NCBI GenBank assembly: GCA_024231905.1
Contig: JAAEQC010000102.1
Location: forward strand, 80,033 to 144,032
DNA: 64,000 nt
Source: a bacterium
GTDB lineage: Bacteria; Krumholzibacteriota; Krumholzibacteriia; LZORAL124-64-63
Reading direction: 5' to 3'
Below, in pieces: positions 37,184-46,301 of the stretch. Under the pieces are notes generated by a model, which was given only the letters and a program-made list of their open reading frames with translations, did no database searches and had not been told where the DNA came from. The stretch's first letter is position 1, and every line of letters starts with the position of its first letter. The translations under genes and the position numbers were made by a program.

Positions 37184-38368
37184 TCAACCCACCACGAAGG
37201 CGTCGGCCACCGTGTCGCCGTTGGCGAAGCGGTCGAGCGACAGGCTCTCGATGATGTCGTCCCGTTCGCCGGTGACCACATGCTTCGCCATGCGCTTGCC
37301 CGTCATGGGACCGAGCATGAAACCGTGGCCGCTGAACCCGCAGATATGGAAGTAACCCTCGAGCCCCGGCACGCCGCCCAGGATGGGCCGGTGGTCCGGG
37401 GTCACGTCGTACATGCCCGCCCACTGGCGCATGAGGCGCACGCCGCCGGCCTTGGGATAGTAGGCCAGCAGGGCCTTGGCGAACCGCACGGCGAAGCGCA
37501 GCTGGCTGCGGGTGTCGAACTGTTCGGGGGCGGTCCAGTGGGGCTCGGCCGGGTCGCCGATGCCGCCGACGATTTCCCCGCGCATGCTCTGGCTGAAGTA
37601 GATGCCGTTGCTGATGGAGATGACCATGGGCCCCAGGAAGGGCTTGAGCGACTCGGAGACCATGATCTCGTGGCGTTCCTGCCGGTTGGGCAATTCGATC
37701 CCGACCTTGGCCGCCAGCGTGCGGGCCCAGGGGCCGGCGCAGTTCACCACCAGGGGCGTGGCGATGGTGCCGCGGTCGGTGACCACGGCGCGCACGCGGC
37801 CGTCATCGCACTCGATATCCTCGACGGCGGTGCGGATGTGGATGGCGATGTTCCGCCGGTGGCAGGCCCGGGCGTAGCCCCACACCACGGCGAAGGGGTA
37901 GGCCGTGCCGTCGCGGGGACAAAAGGTGGCGCCCTTGATGGCGGACACGTCCAGGTCCGGGACGATGCGGCGGCAGTCCTCGGGCTGGAGGAATTCGGTC
38001 GGCACGTCGCAGCGGTTCTGCAGGGTCACGGCCTCGCGCATGGACGTCAGGTGGGACTCGTCCTCGGTGACCATGAGGTAGCCGCCCTGGCGGAAGAAGA
38101 CCTGGTAGCCCAGTTCGGCCGACATGTTCTCGTACATGCGGACCGATTCCTGGGCCAGCCGGATGTTCTCCTCGGTGGTCCACTGCTGGCGGATGCCGCC
38201 GCCGCAGCGGCCGGTGCTGCCGGCGCCGATGTAGTTCTTCTCCAGGACGACGATGTTCTTCACGCCCTGCTTGGACAGCTCGTAGGCGGTGGTCAGGCCG
38301 TTGATGCCGCCGCCGACGACGACCGCGTCTGCCGTGGCGGGAACGGGACCCGTGGACATGGGGATCAT
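37184..38368 (-). CDS. FAD-dependent oxidase beta subunit (DadA/SoxB/HcnC/OoxB-like)
   Basis: N-terminal VVVGGGINGLTTAYELSK dinucleotide fold. 394 aa. RBS GGAGGAG. Confidence 0.8.
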   Translation of the reverse strand: MIPMSTGPVPATADAVVVGGGINGLTTAYELSKQGVKNIVVLEKNYIGAGSTGRCGGGIRQQWTTEENIRLAQESVRMYENMSAELGYQVFFRQGGYLMVTEDESHLTSMREAVTLQNRCDVPTEFLQPEDCRRIVPDLDVSAIKGATFCPRDGTAYPFAVVWGYARACHRRNIAIHIRTAVEDIECDDGRVRAVVTDRGTIATPLVVNCAGPWARTLAAKVGIELPNRQERHEIMVSESLKPFLGPMVISISNGIYFSQSMRGEIVGGIGDPAEPHWTAPEQFDTRSQLRFAVRFAKALLAYYPKAGGVRLMRQWAGMYDVTPDHRPILGGVPGLEGYFHICGFSGHGFMLGPMTGKRMAKHVVTGERDDIIESLSLDRFANGDTVADAFVVG

Positions 38369-38670
38369 GGCGTCTCCTCCGGGTCCGCGGCCGGGTCGGG
38401 CACCTGGAGGGTGGCCAACTGGGAGAAGGTGAGCGGCTCGGATGGGGGCCGGATCGTGGTCAACCTGATATCGCCGGGTTCCAGTTCGCGCAGGCGGGCC
38501 AGTTCGCCGGTGGCCTCGCACAGGCAGCCCTTGCCCTGGCAGAAGCCCGTGCCCACGCCGGTGTACCGCTTGAGGGACTCCAACTCCGTGAAACCCTCGC
38601 GGAAGGCCGCGGTGAACTCGTCTACGGTCACGTCCTCGCAGCGACAGAGGAAGATCTTGGGCTTGCTCAT
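38365..38670 (-). CDS. Small BFD-like [2Fe-2S]-binding subunit (101 aa)
   Basis: IFLCRCEDV...GFCQGKGCLC cysteine pattern. Start and stop overlap both neighbouring genes. Confidence 0.65.
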   Translation of the reverse strand: MSKPKIFLCRCEDVTVDEFTAAFREGFTELESLKRYTGVGTGFCQGKGCLCEATGELARLRELEPGDIRLTTIRPPSEPLTFSQLATLQVPDPAADPEETP

Positions 38671-40049
38671 GACGCCTCCCCGGCGCCGGCCAGCACCGTC
38701 TCCGGTGTCTCGCCGGCGGCCTCGCCGACGAACGTCACCTCGGGACCGTTCGGCACCGTCGTCGACCAGCCGGAACCGGTGCAACCGCGGGGTACGAAGC
38801 CGCCTTGTTCGGGCGCCAGATGCAGGTCCACACCCAGCTGGTAAGGGATGTCGTAGATCGGCTTCGCCCGGCGGCAGACCACCACCAGATCCGCGTCCAG
38901 GGTCAGACGGCCGCCGCCGCCGGGACCGGGGCCGGGGACGAATTCGGCCCGCAGGCCGCTGCCGTCGGCAGCGGTGTGGGCGCGGTCCAGCACCAGGCCC
39001 GTGTGCAGGGGCCAGCGCCGGGCCACCGCCGTGGCCAGGTCCGTGCCGTTGTCGTCGCTTTCCAGGAGGATGGACGGGTGTGCGCCGCGGGTTTCCAGCA
39101 ACGCCGCGGCCAACCAAAGATCCTGGCCGCCGCCCACCAGCAGGATCGTGCGCCCGGTCACGTCCAGACCGTCGCGCACCAGGAGCCGCAGCAGGGCGCG
39201 GGTTCCCAGCACGCCGGGGACGTCGTTGCCCGGGAAGAGCCCGGGGGCGTCCAGGGCGCCGGCCGCCCACACCAGCCGGTCACAGGCGAGGGTGGCGAGC
39301 TCGGCACCGTGGCGCAGGACCAAGCCGCCCGGATGGTAGCCGGCCACCACCCGCACGCCGGTCCGCAGGTCCACATCCGCGGCGGCCACCCCCTCGGCCA
39401 GGTGGTTCAGGCCGGCGCGGGCCGAGGTCAAACCGGCGAAACCGTCGAGGCAGCCCGCGGCCGCGGCCTCGTCCAGGGCCGCCAGGCGCAGTCCGCCGGG
39501 AGCGTCGTTCTCGTCCACCAGGACCACCGGACCGTCGGACGTCAGCGCCGCGGACAGCCCCGCGGGCCCGGCGCCCACCACCACTGTGGGGATACGGCCC
39601 AGATCCGTCGCCGGTTCTGCCTCCGCCTCGGCCCGTTCGGGCAGGCGGCCCACACCGGTCAGGGGACGGATGGCCGACAGAAAGACTCGGCTCAGGATCG
39701 CCGGCTTGGTGAACCACTTGTAATAGAAGCCCACGGGGACCAGGTCCCCGCCCACCGCCAGCATCTTCTGCATGGGGGCGCCATAGAAAGCTCCAGCGTC
39801 CTGGCGCTCGACCACCATGCCGTCCCGCAGGGGCGTTTCGCACACGCGCACGTTGGGCACGCCGTCCACGCGCATGAGGCAGGCGGTGCACTGGCCGCGG
39901 GCGCAGGTCACGCCGCGGGGGCGGCCGTACTTGGGACTGTGGGAGAGGTGGCGGATTCCGGCTTCCCAGAGGGCGGTCGCGATGCTGGTGCCCGTGCGGC
40001 AGATCAGGTCGCGTCCCTCGAAGCGGATGGTCGCCTTGTCACCGGCCAA
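38667..40049 (-). CDS. FAD/NAD(P)-binding oxidoreductase alpha subunit with N-terminal [2Fe-2S] ferredoxin-like domain (HcnB/OoxA/SoxA-N-like)
   Basis: N-terminal CARGQCTACLMRV...VCETP (2Fe-2S). TVVVGAGPAGLSAAL Rossmann. TTG start after GGAAAGGA. Confidence 0.75.
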   Translation of the reverse strand: MAGDKATIRFEGRDLICRTGTSIATALWEAGIRHLSHSPKYGRPRGVTCARGQCTACLMRVDGVPNVRVCETPLRDGMVVERQDAGAFYGAPMQKMLAVGGDLVPVGFYYKWFTKPAILSRVFLSAIRPLTGVGRLPERAEAEAEPATDLGRIPTVVVGAGPAGLSAALTSDGPVVLVDENDAPGGLRLAALDEAAAAGCLDGFAGLTSARAGLNHLAEGVAAADVDLRTGVRVVAGYHPGGLVLRHGAELATLACDRLVWAAGALDAPGLFPGNDVPGVLGTRALLRLLVRDGLDVTGRTILLVGGGQDLWLAAALLETRGAHPSILLESDDNGTDLATAVARRWPLHTGLVLDRAHTAADGSGLRAEFVPGPGPGGGGRLTLDADLVVVCRRAKPIYDIPYQLGVDLHLAPEQGGFVPRGCTGSGWSTTVPNGPEVTFVGEAAGETPETVLAGAGEAS

Positions 40050-40300
40050 GCTGGATCCTTTCCGGGAGCCGCGGCGGGCAGGCGCGGCGCCGCACTTGCG
40101 GCGCGGGCGATCCCGCCGGGGGTGGAACTCCGAAAATAGGACGCGCCCCCGGGCGCGGCAAGGACGCGATGCCCGGCAGTAGACCGTGCTTTCCTCCTGG
40201 CGCGTGGAGCATATATTTGATGGAGTCGAAACCCTTTAGGAGTACAGCACTCCTCTTACGGAGGCGTGCAATCCGGCCAACGGCCGCGACGAGGTGGATC

Positions 40301-41671
40301 ATGGCGGACAAGAATTTTGCCGATGTGCGCGAGGTCATCGAGAGTGAAAGCATCGAGTTCATCGACCTGAAGATGCTCGACCTGGCTGGCCGGCTGCACC
40401 ATATCTCCTATCCCGTGGAGCGTTTTACCGAGGAATCCTGCAAGGACGGCATCGGCTTCGACGGGTCGAGCTACGGTTTCCTCAAGGTCGAGAACAGCGA
40501 CATGGTCCTGGTGCCCGACCTGGCGACCCAAGCGCGGGACCCCTTCCGGCGCCGGCCCACCCTGTCCATGTTCGCCGAGGCGCGCCTGACCGACGCCGAC
40601 CGCACGCCCTTCGACCAGGACGCCCGCGGCCTGGCCCGCCGAGCCGAACAGGCTTTGGCCGACGCCGGTGTGGCCGACAAGAGCATGTGGGGACCGGAGT
40701 ACGAATTCCACATCTTCGAGGAGGCCGAGTTCCTCACCGAGAACAACGACTCGGCCTTCGGTGTGCGCAGCGGCGAGATCTTCTACAGCAACGCCTACCA
40801 TGCCTGCAATCCCTTCGACCGCTACGACGACTTCCGGGACGAGGCCTGCGCGGTCATGAAGGACTTCGGCATCCCGGTCCGCTACCACCACCACGAGGTG
40901 GGGGCCCAGGGCCAGCAGGAGATCGAGGGCTGGTTCCATGACCTGGTCACCACCGGCGACCACGCCGTCCTGACCAAGTACATCCTGTTGAACCTGGCCG
41001 AGGAGCGGGACCTGAAGCTCACCTTCATGCCCAAGCCCCTGCACGGCAACGCCGGCAGCGGCTGGCATCTGCACCAGTTCCTGACCAAGCAGGGCCACAA
41101 CGTCTTCCACGAGGACGGCGGCTATGCCGAACTCTCGCAGACGGCCCTCCACTACATCGGCGGCATCCTGCGCCACGCCGACGCCCTGTGCGCCCTGACC
41201 AACCCCAGCACCAACAGCTTCAAGCGTCTGGTGCCCGGCTTCGAGGCGCCCACCGCCCGCACCTTCGGCCGTTCGAACCGGGGCGCTGCCATCCGTGTCC
41301 CCAGCTACGTGACCGACCCCGAGGAGCGGCGCATTGAGTACCGTCCCCCGGATCTGACAGCCAACCCGTACCTCTGCGCCTCGGCCATCCTCATGGCCGG
41401 GCTCGACGGCATCATCAACCGCACCGATCCGGGCGATGCGGGCTGCGCTCCGGCGGACGCCCCGAGCGACGGCAGCCGCCACGAGGACTTCCTGCCGCGT
41501 TCCCTGGACGATGCCCTGGACGCTCTCGAGGACGACCACCAGTTCCTGTTGCGCGGCGACGTCTTCCCCGAGTCGCTCATCCGGCGCTGGGTTGAGATCA
41601 AGCGGGCGGAGATTGCTGCCATCAACCAGCGTCCGCACCCCTTCGAGTACACCATGTACTTCGACTTCTAG
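40301..41671 (+). CDS. glnA: Glutamine synthetase family protein (type I-like)
   Basis: GFDGSS, KPLHGNAGSGWHLHQ, NPSTNSFKRLVPGFEAP and ANPYL motifs. 456 aa. No NLYDLP adenylylation motif seen. Confidence 0.85.
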   Translation: MADKNFADVREVIESESIEFIDLKMLDLAGRLHHISYPVERFTEESCKDGIGFDGSSYGFLKVENSDMVLVPDLATQARDPFRRRPTLSMFAEARLTDADRTPFDQDARGLARRAEQALADAGVADKSMWGPEYEFHIFEEAEFLTENNDSAFGVRSGEIFYSNAYHACNPFDRYDDFRDEACAVMKDFGIPVRYHHHEVGAQGQQEIEGWFHDLVTTGDHAVLTKYILLNLAEERDLKLTFMPKPLHGNAGSGWHLHQFLTKQGHNVFHEDGGYAELSQTALHYIGGILRHADALCALTNPSTNSFKRLVPGFEAPTARTFGRSNRGAAIRVPSYVTDPEERRIEYRPPDLTANPYLCASAILMAGLDGIINRTDPGDAGCAPADAPSDGSRHEDFLPRSLDDALDALEDDHQFLLRGDVFPESLIRRWVEIKRAEIAAINQRPHPFEYTMYFDF

Positions 41672-41688
41672 CCGAACCGTGCCAGAAT

Positions 41689-41722
41689 GGGAGGGACCGC
41701 CGCCGGGCGGTCCCTCTTTTCA
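41689..41722 (+). terminator. Rho-independent terminator after glnA
   Basis: gggagggaccgc-cgccgg-gcggtccctc followed by TTTTCATT. Confidence 0.55.
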
Positions 41723-41741
41723 TTCCGCCGAGGAGCGAGCC

Positions 41742-42134
41742 ATGATCGAGATCAGTCTGCGCACGGGCGGTCGTACGGATTTCGTGGACGTGACCGCCGA
41801 GGTCCGCCGTGCCGCCACCGAACTGGGGATCACCGACGGCGCCCTGGTCGTCTTCAACCCCCACACAACCGCCGGTGTGACGGTGAACGAGGGCGCCGAC
41901 CCGGACGTGGTCCGCGACAAGGCCGTGGCCCTGGACAAACTCGTACCCTGGGAGGACGGCTACCGCCACGCCGAAGGCAACAGCGCCGCCCACATCAAGG
42001 CCAGCCTCTACGGCTCGTCGGTGACGCTCCTGGTGGCGGATGGAGAACTGCGCCTGGGCACCTGGCAGACCGTGTGGTTCGCCGAGTTCGACGGGCCGCG
42101 CACCCGGCGCCTGTGGGTGTCGAAGGCGGGCTAG
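41742..42134 (+). CDS. YjbQ/UPF0047 family protein, copy 2
   Basis: 130 aa. NPHTTAGVTVNE and LRLGTWQTV blocks, paralogous to the gene at 9858. RBS AGGAG. Confidence 0.75.
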   Translation: MIEISLRTGGRTDFVDVTAEVRRAATELGITDGALVVFNPHTTAGVTVNEGADPDVVRDKAVALDKLVPWEDGYRHAEGNSAAHIKASLYGSSVTLLVADGELRLGTWQTVWFAEFDGPRTRRLWVSKAG

Positions 42135-43156
42135 GGGCGGACCGGAAAGATACCCGACAGCTGATCGAGGGTTGTCTTGGCCGTCAAGGTGACGCGCCCT
42201 ACCGCGCAGGATGTGTCCGCGGCCGTGAAGCGGCTGGGCCGCAGACTGACGGTGCCACGGAAGCCCAGATCCCGGGCCAGGCTGTCCAGGTCGGCGGTGG
42301 CGAAGCCGTAGGGCCAGGCCAACCAGCGGGGGGACCTGCCCACGTGCCGGGCGATCTCGAAGCGGCTGGCGGCCAGGTCCACCAGGACCGGTTGCCACGG
42401 CCCCGACGGCGGCAGGGGCGTGCCTTCGCCCAGTGCCGCCCGGTTGGCGGCGGCCACTTCGGCGGGAATGGCCCCGGGGTGCCAGAAGACCGGCTCGTGA
42501 TCCCCGGTGGTGCGCACCTTGAAGTGGAGCGACCGGGTGTGGGACTCCACGAGTACGTGACCCGAGGCGGCCATCTCCGCCAGCTCCGCCCAGCTGCACA
42601 CGTCCAGATCGCTCCAGGCGCGCCCCGCTTCCCCGGTGGGGACGAAGAGATGAGCCCGCACGCCGTACTCCTGGAGCAGGGGCCAGGCCAGCTCGTACAC
42701 GCTGCGGTCGGCGTCGTCGATGGTGAGGATCACCGCTTTGGTGGGCAAGGGCTTATTGGCGGCATTGAGGTCAGCAACTTCATCAAGCGTAACGACTTCT
42801 ATCCCGGAATTGCGAAAATACTCGAGGTGTCGCGCTAGCTCCGCGCGGGGTGTCGTCCAGAACTCGCGGTCCCCCAGGGCGGGCAGTCCGAAGAGGAGGG
42901 AGCCCACGACCCGGGCCAGGTAGTCCGGGTCGAAGTCGGCCCGGAAGTAGTGGTAGCAGAGGACGGGAACGCCGGGGGTGTCGTCCACGAATTCGAAGCT
43001 GGCCAGGTGGGGCGGATCCAGCTGATGCAGGGAGACGGGCTCCTCGAGGGCTTCTTCGCCGCCGCCGCAGCCGGTGGCGAACAGGAGGCAGGCCAGCACC
43101 GCGGCGGTCGGGACGCACGGGTGGTGGCGGGTTCGGTGGTCCATGACCGCGTCCAT
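42131..43156 (-). CDS. Polysaccharide deacetylase (NodB-homology) lipoprotein
   Basis: Lipoprotein signal (LLFATGC). AVILTIDDADRSVYELAWPLLQEYGVRAHLFVPTG NodB motif 1-2 region. Start overlaps the upstream stop. Confidence 0.7.
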   Translation of the reverse strand: MDAVMDHRTRHHPCVPTAAVLACLLFATGCGGGEEALEEPVSLHQLDPPHLASFEFVDDTPGVPVLCYHYFRADFDPDYLARVVGSLLFGLPALGDREFWTTPRAELARHLEYFRNSGIEVVTLDEVADLNAANKPLPTKAVILTIDDADRSVYELAWPLLQEYGVRAHLFVPTGEAGRAWSDLDVCSWAELAEMAASGHVLVESHTRSLHFKVRTTGDHEPVFWHPGAIPAEVAAANRAALGEGTPLPPSGPWQPVLVDLAASRFEIARHVGRSPRWLAWPYGFATADLDSLARDLGFRGTVSLRPSRFTAADTSCAVGRVTLTAKTTLDQLSGIFPVRP

Positions 43157-44604
43157 CAGAAGAGTGCCCGCAGGGACACGTTGGCGAAGGTCCGGCTGTA
43201 GCCGCTGGCGGTGGCGAAACTGCTCTTGGCGTAGCCGGCCTCCAGGGCCGCAAGCCAGCCGCTGGCGAAGCGCCAGCCCACCCGGCCGGAGGCGCTGCCC
43301 ACTGAGACCGCGTCGGCGCCGGCCTCGCGCTCGGTGCCCAGGCTGCCGCCCAGGCGCCAGGTCGTGCGTCGCGAGCGGGTGGCCAGGGTCAATTCGAAAC
43401 TGCCACTGCGTACCCAGTCCGGCGCCCAGTAGCCGCCGGGGTAGGGGTCGCGGTAATCCATGTACGACACCACCGGTCCAGCCGTCACCTGGATGCGGCC
43501 CTCCCGGCGCCACTTGAGACTGGCACTGCCGCGGCGGCGCAGGTTGCCGTCGCTGTAGTCAGCCAGGCTGCCCTGGGCGTCGCAGGCCCAGTGGCGGGCC
43601 AGGCGCCACTCGGCCGACAGGCTCCCCTGCTCCAGGTGGAGACGGCGGCCGAAGGCGGTGTAGGTCTCCACCGCCTGGCTGGCCGCGCCCAGATCCGTCC
43701 GCCAGCGCGGGGCCGGCAACCAGGTGAGCCAGGCGTCGCCGCCGGTGCGGGTCCAGTCCAGTTCGCCGTTGCCAGCGGCCAAAGGACCGTCGCTGCGGAA
43801 GTGGTCCACCCAGCCGTAGGCGTGGAGAGACCAGTTGCGGGCCAGGGCCGTTGCCAGCCCGGCGCCCAGGCGCGGCGCCGTGACGTGGGGCCGGCCGGGC
43901 TGGGAGTAGCGGGCCACCGAGGGCATGATCTGCAGTAGCTTGTTGCCGGCGACGGTCACGGCGCCGTGGGCGGAGACCCGGTAGCGGTCCAGGTCGTCCG
44001 AGTCCCAGGCCGCGTCCACCCGCAGGTCCAGGTGGGGCGTGTAGCCGTCGAGGGTGGTCAGGAGGAAGGCGCCCGCTTCCCGGCCCGGCGCCGCGTCGCC
44101 GTCGAATTCCGTCTCCACCCGGCGCAGCACGCCGTAGCCCCCGTGGAGGCGGTTGTCCCAGACCAGGGTGCGGCCCAGGCCCACCCGGGCGTCGCCGTCG
44201 GCGGAGTCCTCGTCCACGAGGGAGCGGTACAGGGCCACGGCCGCCGGTTGCCGTCCACTCCAGCTGAGAGCCAGGGCCAAGCCCGAACGCACCCGGCGGT
44301 CAGCCTGACCCGGATGGCGGGCCAGGTGGCGGCGGAAGTAAAAGACGGCCCGTTCGGCGTCCTCCCGCCACAGTTTCTGGTAGGCGATCTCCTGGGCCAC
44401 TTCGGGCACCAGACTCGCGTCCTGGGCCAAGGCCTCCAGGTAGTCGGCCACGGCCTCGTGGTGGCGGTCGGCGCCGGCGGCGGTCCGGGCGGCCGCCACC
44501 TTGGCCCGGGCCGCCTCGGGATCGATGACCGTCGAGTCGGGCGCCGCGGCGTGGGCGCAGGCGGTCCAGATCAACAGCACGGACAGGGTGCGCAGCAGGG
44601 TCAT
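43156..44604 (-). CDS. PgaA-like exopolysaccharide export outer-membrane protein (TPR-like N-terminal region plus beta-barrel)
   Basis: Signal peptide. An N-terminal helical repeat region, then alternating beta-strand pattern ending in …SLRALF (C-terminal Phe). Position in operon with GT2 and deacetylase. RBS AGGGAG. Confidence 0.6.
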   Translation of the reverse strand: MTLLRTLSVLLIWTACAHAAAPDSTVIDPEAARAKVAAARTAAGADRHHEAVADYLEALAQDASLVPEVAQEIAYQKLWREDAERAVFYFRRHLARHPGQADRRVRSGLALALSWSGRQPAAVALYRSLVDEDSADGDARVGLGRTLVWDNRLHGGYGVLRRVETEFDGDAAPGREAGAFLLTTLDGYTPHLDLRVDAAWDSDDLDRYRVSAHGAVTVAGNKLLQIMPSVARYSQPGRPHVTAPRLGAGLATALARNWSLHAYGWVDHFRSDGPLAAGNGELDWTRTGGDAWLTWLPAPRWRTDLGAASQAVETYTAFGRRLHLEQGSLSAEWRLARHWACDAQGSLADYSDGNLRRRGSASLKWRREGRIQVTAGPVVSYMDYRDPYPGGYWAPDWVRSGSFELTLATRSRRTTWRLGGSLGTEREAGADAVSVGSASGRVGWRFASGWLAALEAGYAKSSFATASGYSRTFANVSLRALF

Positions 44605-44606
44605 GG

Positions 44607-45875
44607 CTACTCCCTGACCGGTTTCCAGAGCGTGTATTTCCGCTGCTGGCGGTTGACGTTCAGGCCCTGGGGCGCCGAGATGACGGTGATGGCCGCCAGG
44701 AGGATCCAGTAGACCAGCGGGTAGAAGACAGCCACCACGAAGTACCGGGGCAGCTTCCGGTCGTAGTTCCGGTCCAGGAAGACACCGGTCACCAGTTGGA
44801 CCAGGCACACGGTGGCGATGAGCATGCCCCAGAAGTTGGGGATGGGTGAGGCCCCGATGGGCGGGAAGCCCAGGGCGTAGCTCACCAGCCAGATGAACGA
44901 CAGGATGACGTAGGCGTAGGCCCAGCCCACCGACAGGCACGACTCCACCAGCACCGGCCAGAAGCGGCGGTGGCGCCAGGCCAACAGGGAGCGGCCGTGC
45001 CGGACCAGGACCTGGCTCAGTCCCACGGCCCAGCGCCGGCGCTGGCGCCACAGACCGTGCAGGGACTGGGGGACCCGCATCCACATGACCGCGTTGGCCT
45101 CGTAGCGCACATCCCAGTGGCGTAGTTGCAGGCGCCAAGTCAGGTCGATGTCCTCGGTGGCCATTTCCGGGCTGTACAGTCCCACGTCGTAAAGGGCGCT
45201 GCGGCGGAAGATCCCCACCACGCCGCTCATGGTCATGATGCGTCCCCATACCCTCTGGGCACGCCGCATGAGCGAGATGATCGAGGCGAACTCGATGGCC
45301 TGCAGCTTGGCCAGGAAGCTGTCCCGGTTCACCACGCGCGGGTTGCCGGTCACGGCGGCGCAGCGCGGCGAGTCGAAGTGGGGGACGAGCCAGCGCAGGA
45401 TGTCCGGGGCGGGTTCGGCGTCGGCGTCCATGACGAAGACCAGCTCCCCGCGGGTCAGGGGGATGGCGTCGTTCAGGGCCATGGCCTTGCCCTCGTTCAC
45501 CCGCTTGCGCAGCACCCTGACCCGGGCGTCCACCAGGTAGGGCCGGATGCGGTCGAAGGTGGCGTCGGTGGAGGAGTCGTCCACCACCAGCACCTCGAAC
45601 TCCGGGTAGTCCACGGCCAGGACCGCGGCCAGGGTGTCGCCCAGGTTCCCTTCCTCGTTGAAGGCGGGGATGACGAAGGACACGAAGGGCGTCTTGTCCG
45701 TGGCGTAGAAGGCCTGTTTCTCCTGGGGGTCCGAGGACTCGCGCCGCACGTAGTAGATGAGGGCCGTGAAGATCCACACGCAGCTGGTGACCAGGGGGTA
45801 CCAGGCGAAGTAGACGAGCATGGCCGTGTACCACCAGGTGTGCTGCAGGCGCACGACGAGACTCAGGAGGTCCAT
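44607..45875 (-). CDS. Family-2 glycosyltransferase, poly-beta-1,6-GlcNAc synthase-like (PgaC/IcaA-like)
   Basis: Processive GT2 pattern: VVDDSSTD, DADAEP, GNPRVVNR, QRRRWAVG (QxxRW) and flanking TM helices. RBS GGGAGGAG. Confidence 0.8.
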   Translation of the reverse strand: MDLLSLVVRLQHTWWYTAMLVYFAWYPLVTSCVWIFTALIYYVRRESSDPQEKQAFYATDKTPFVSFVIPAFNEEGNLGDTLAAVLAVDYPEFEVLVVDDSSTDATFDRIRPYLVDARVRVLRKRVNEGKAMALNDAIPLTRGELVFVMDADAEPAPDILRWLVPHFDSPRCAAVTGNPRVVNRDSFLAKLQAIEFASIISLMRRAQRVWGRIMTMSGVVGIFRRSALYDVGLYSPEMATEDIDLTWRLQLRHWDVRYEANAVMWMRVPQSLHGLWRQRRRWAVGLSQVLVRHGRSLLAWRHRRFWPVLVESCLSVGWAYAYVILSFIWLVSYALGFPPIGASPIPNFWGMLIATVCLVQLVTGVFLDRNYDRKLPRYFVVAVFYPLVYWILLAAITVISAPQGLNVNRQQRKYTLWKPVRE

Positions 45876-46240
45876 CAGGACTCCTCCCCGTCGACGATCC
45901 GGTAGACCTTGTGGCCGGCGGCGTCGCCCTCGATGATCACGGTGGTGGCGGCCTGGAGTTCCGCGCGGGACGGCGCCATCAGCGACCGGCCCAGGTGATC
46001 GTGGGTGAAGGGTTCGGGGGGCGCGGCGAAGCCCTGGCGCCGGCCCAGGCGGGCCGAGAGCCGCAGGTTGTGGCTCACCCACAGCAGGGTGATCACCAGT
46101 CCCGCCAGGACGATGCCCGCCAGCACCAGCAGGGCCACGCCGCTGTCGGCGGTGATCTGCCGCTGGGCGACCACGTACCAGTAGTAGCCCAGGAGGCACC
46201 ACAGGAGGATGGAGATGAAGATGTGCCACGCGTGGCGCAT
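45875..46240 (-). CDS. Small two-TM membrane protein (PgaD/IcaD-like accessory candidate)
   Basis: 121 aa with two hydrophobic helices. Its stop overlaps the GT2 start (ATGA). Confidence 0.45.
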   Translation of the reverse strand: MRHAWHIFISILLWCLLGYYWYVVAQRQITADSGVALLVLAGIVLAGLVITLLWVSHNLRLSARLGRRQGFAAPPEPFTHDHLGRSLMAPSRAELQAATTVIIEGDAAGHKVYRIVDGEES

Positions 46241-46272
46241 GCCGTTGACGCTCCCGCCGGCCGGTGCGCGGG

Positions 46273-46301
46273 TTGACCGCGCCCTGTCCGCCGCTTAGAC
46301 T
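46273..46301 (+). promoter_or_regulatory. Sigma-70-like promoter candidate for alaS
   Basis: TTGACC, 17 nt spacer, TAGACT, about 150 nt upstream of the TTG start. Confidence 0.3.

Noticed and set aside
40140-40175. Glutamine riboswitch (glnA RNA) suggested by aaggacgcg.
   Set aside because: Only a short 3'-like fragment resembles what I recall of the motif. The 5' partner strand and E-loop could not be identified, so it needs a covariance-model search before any claim.
40195-40220. Sigma-54 promoter (TGGCAC-N5-TTGCA) upstream of glnA at tggagcatatatttga.
   Set aside because: The GG is present, but the -12 GC dinucleotide is replaced by TG, the spacing is off by one and the flanks do not match. 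Too weak to call.
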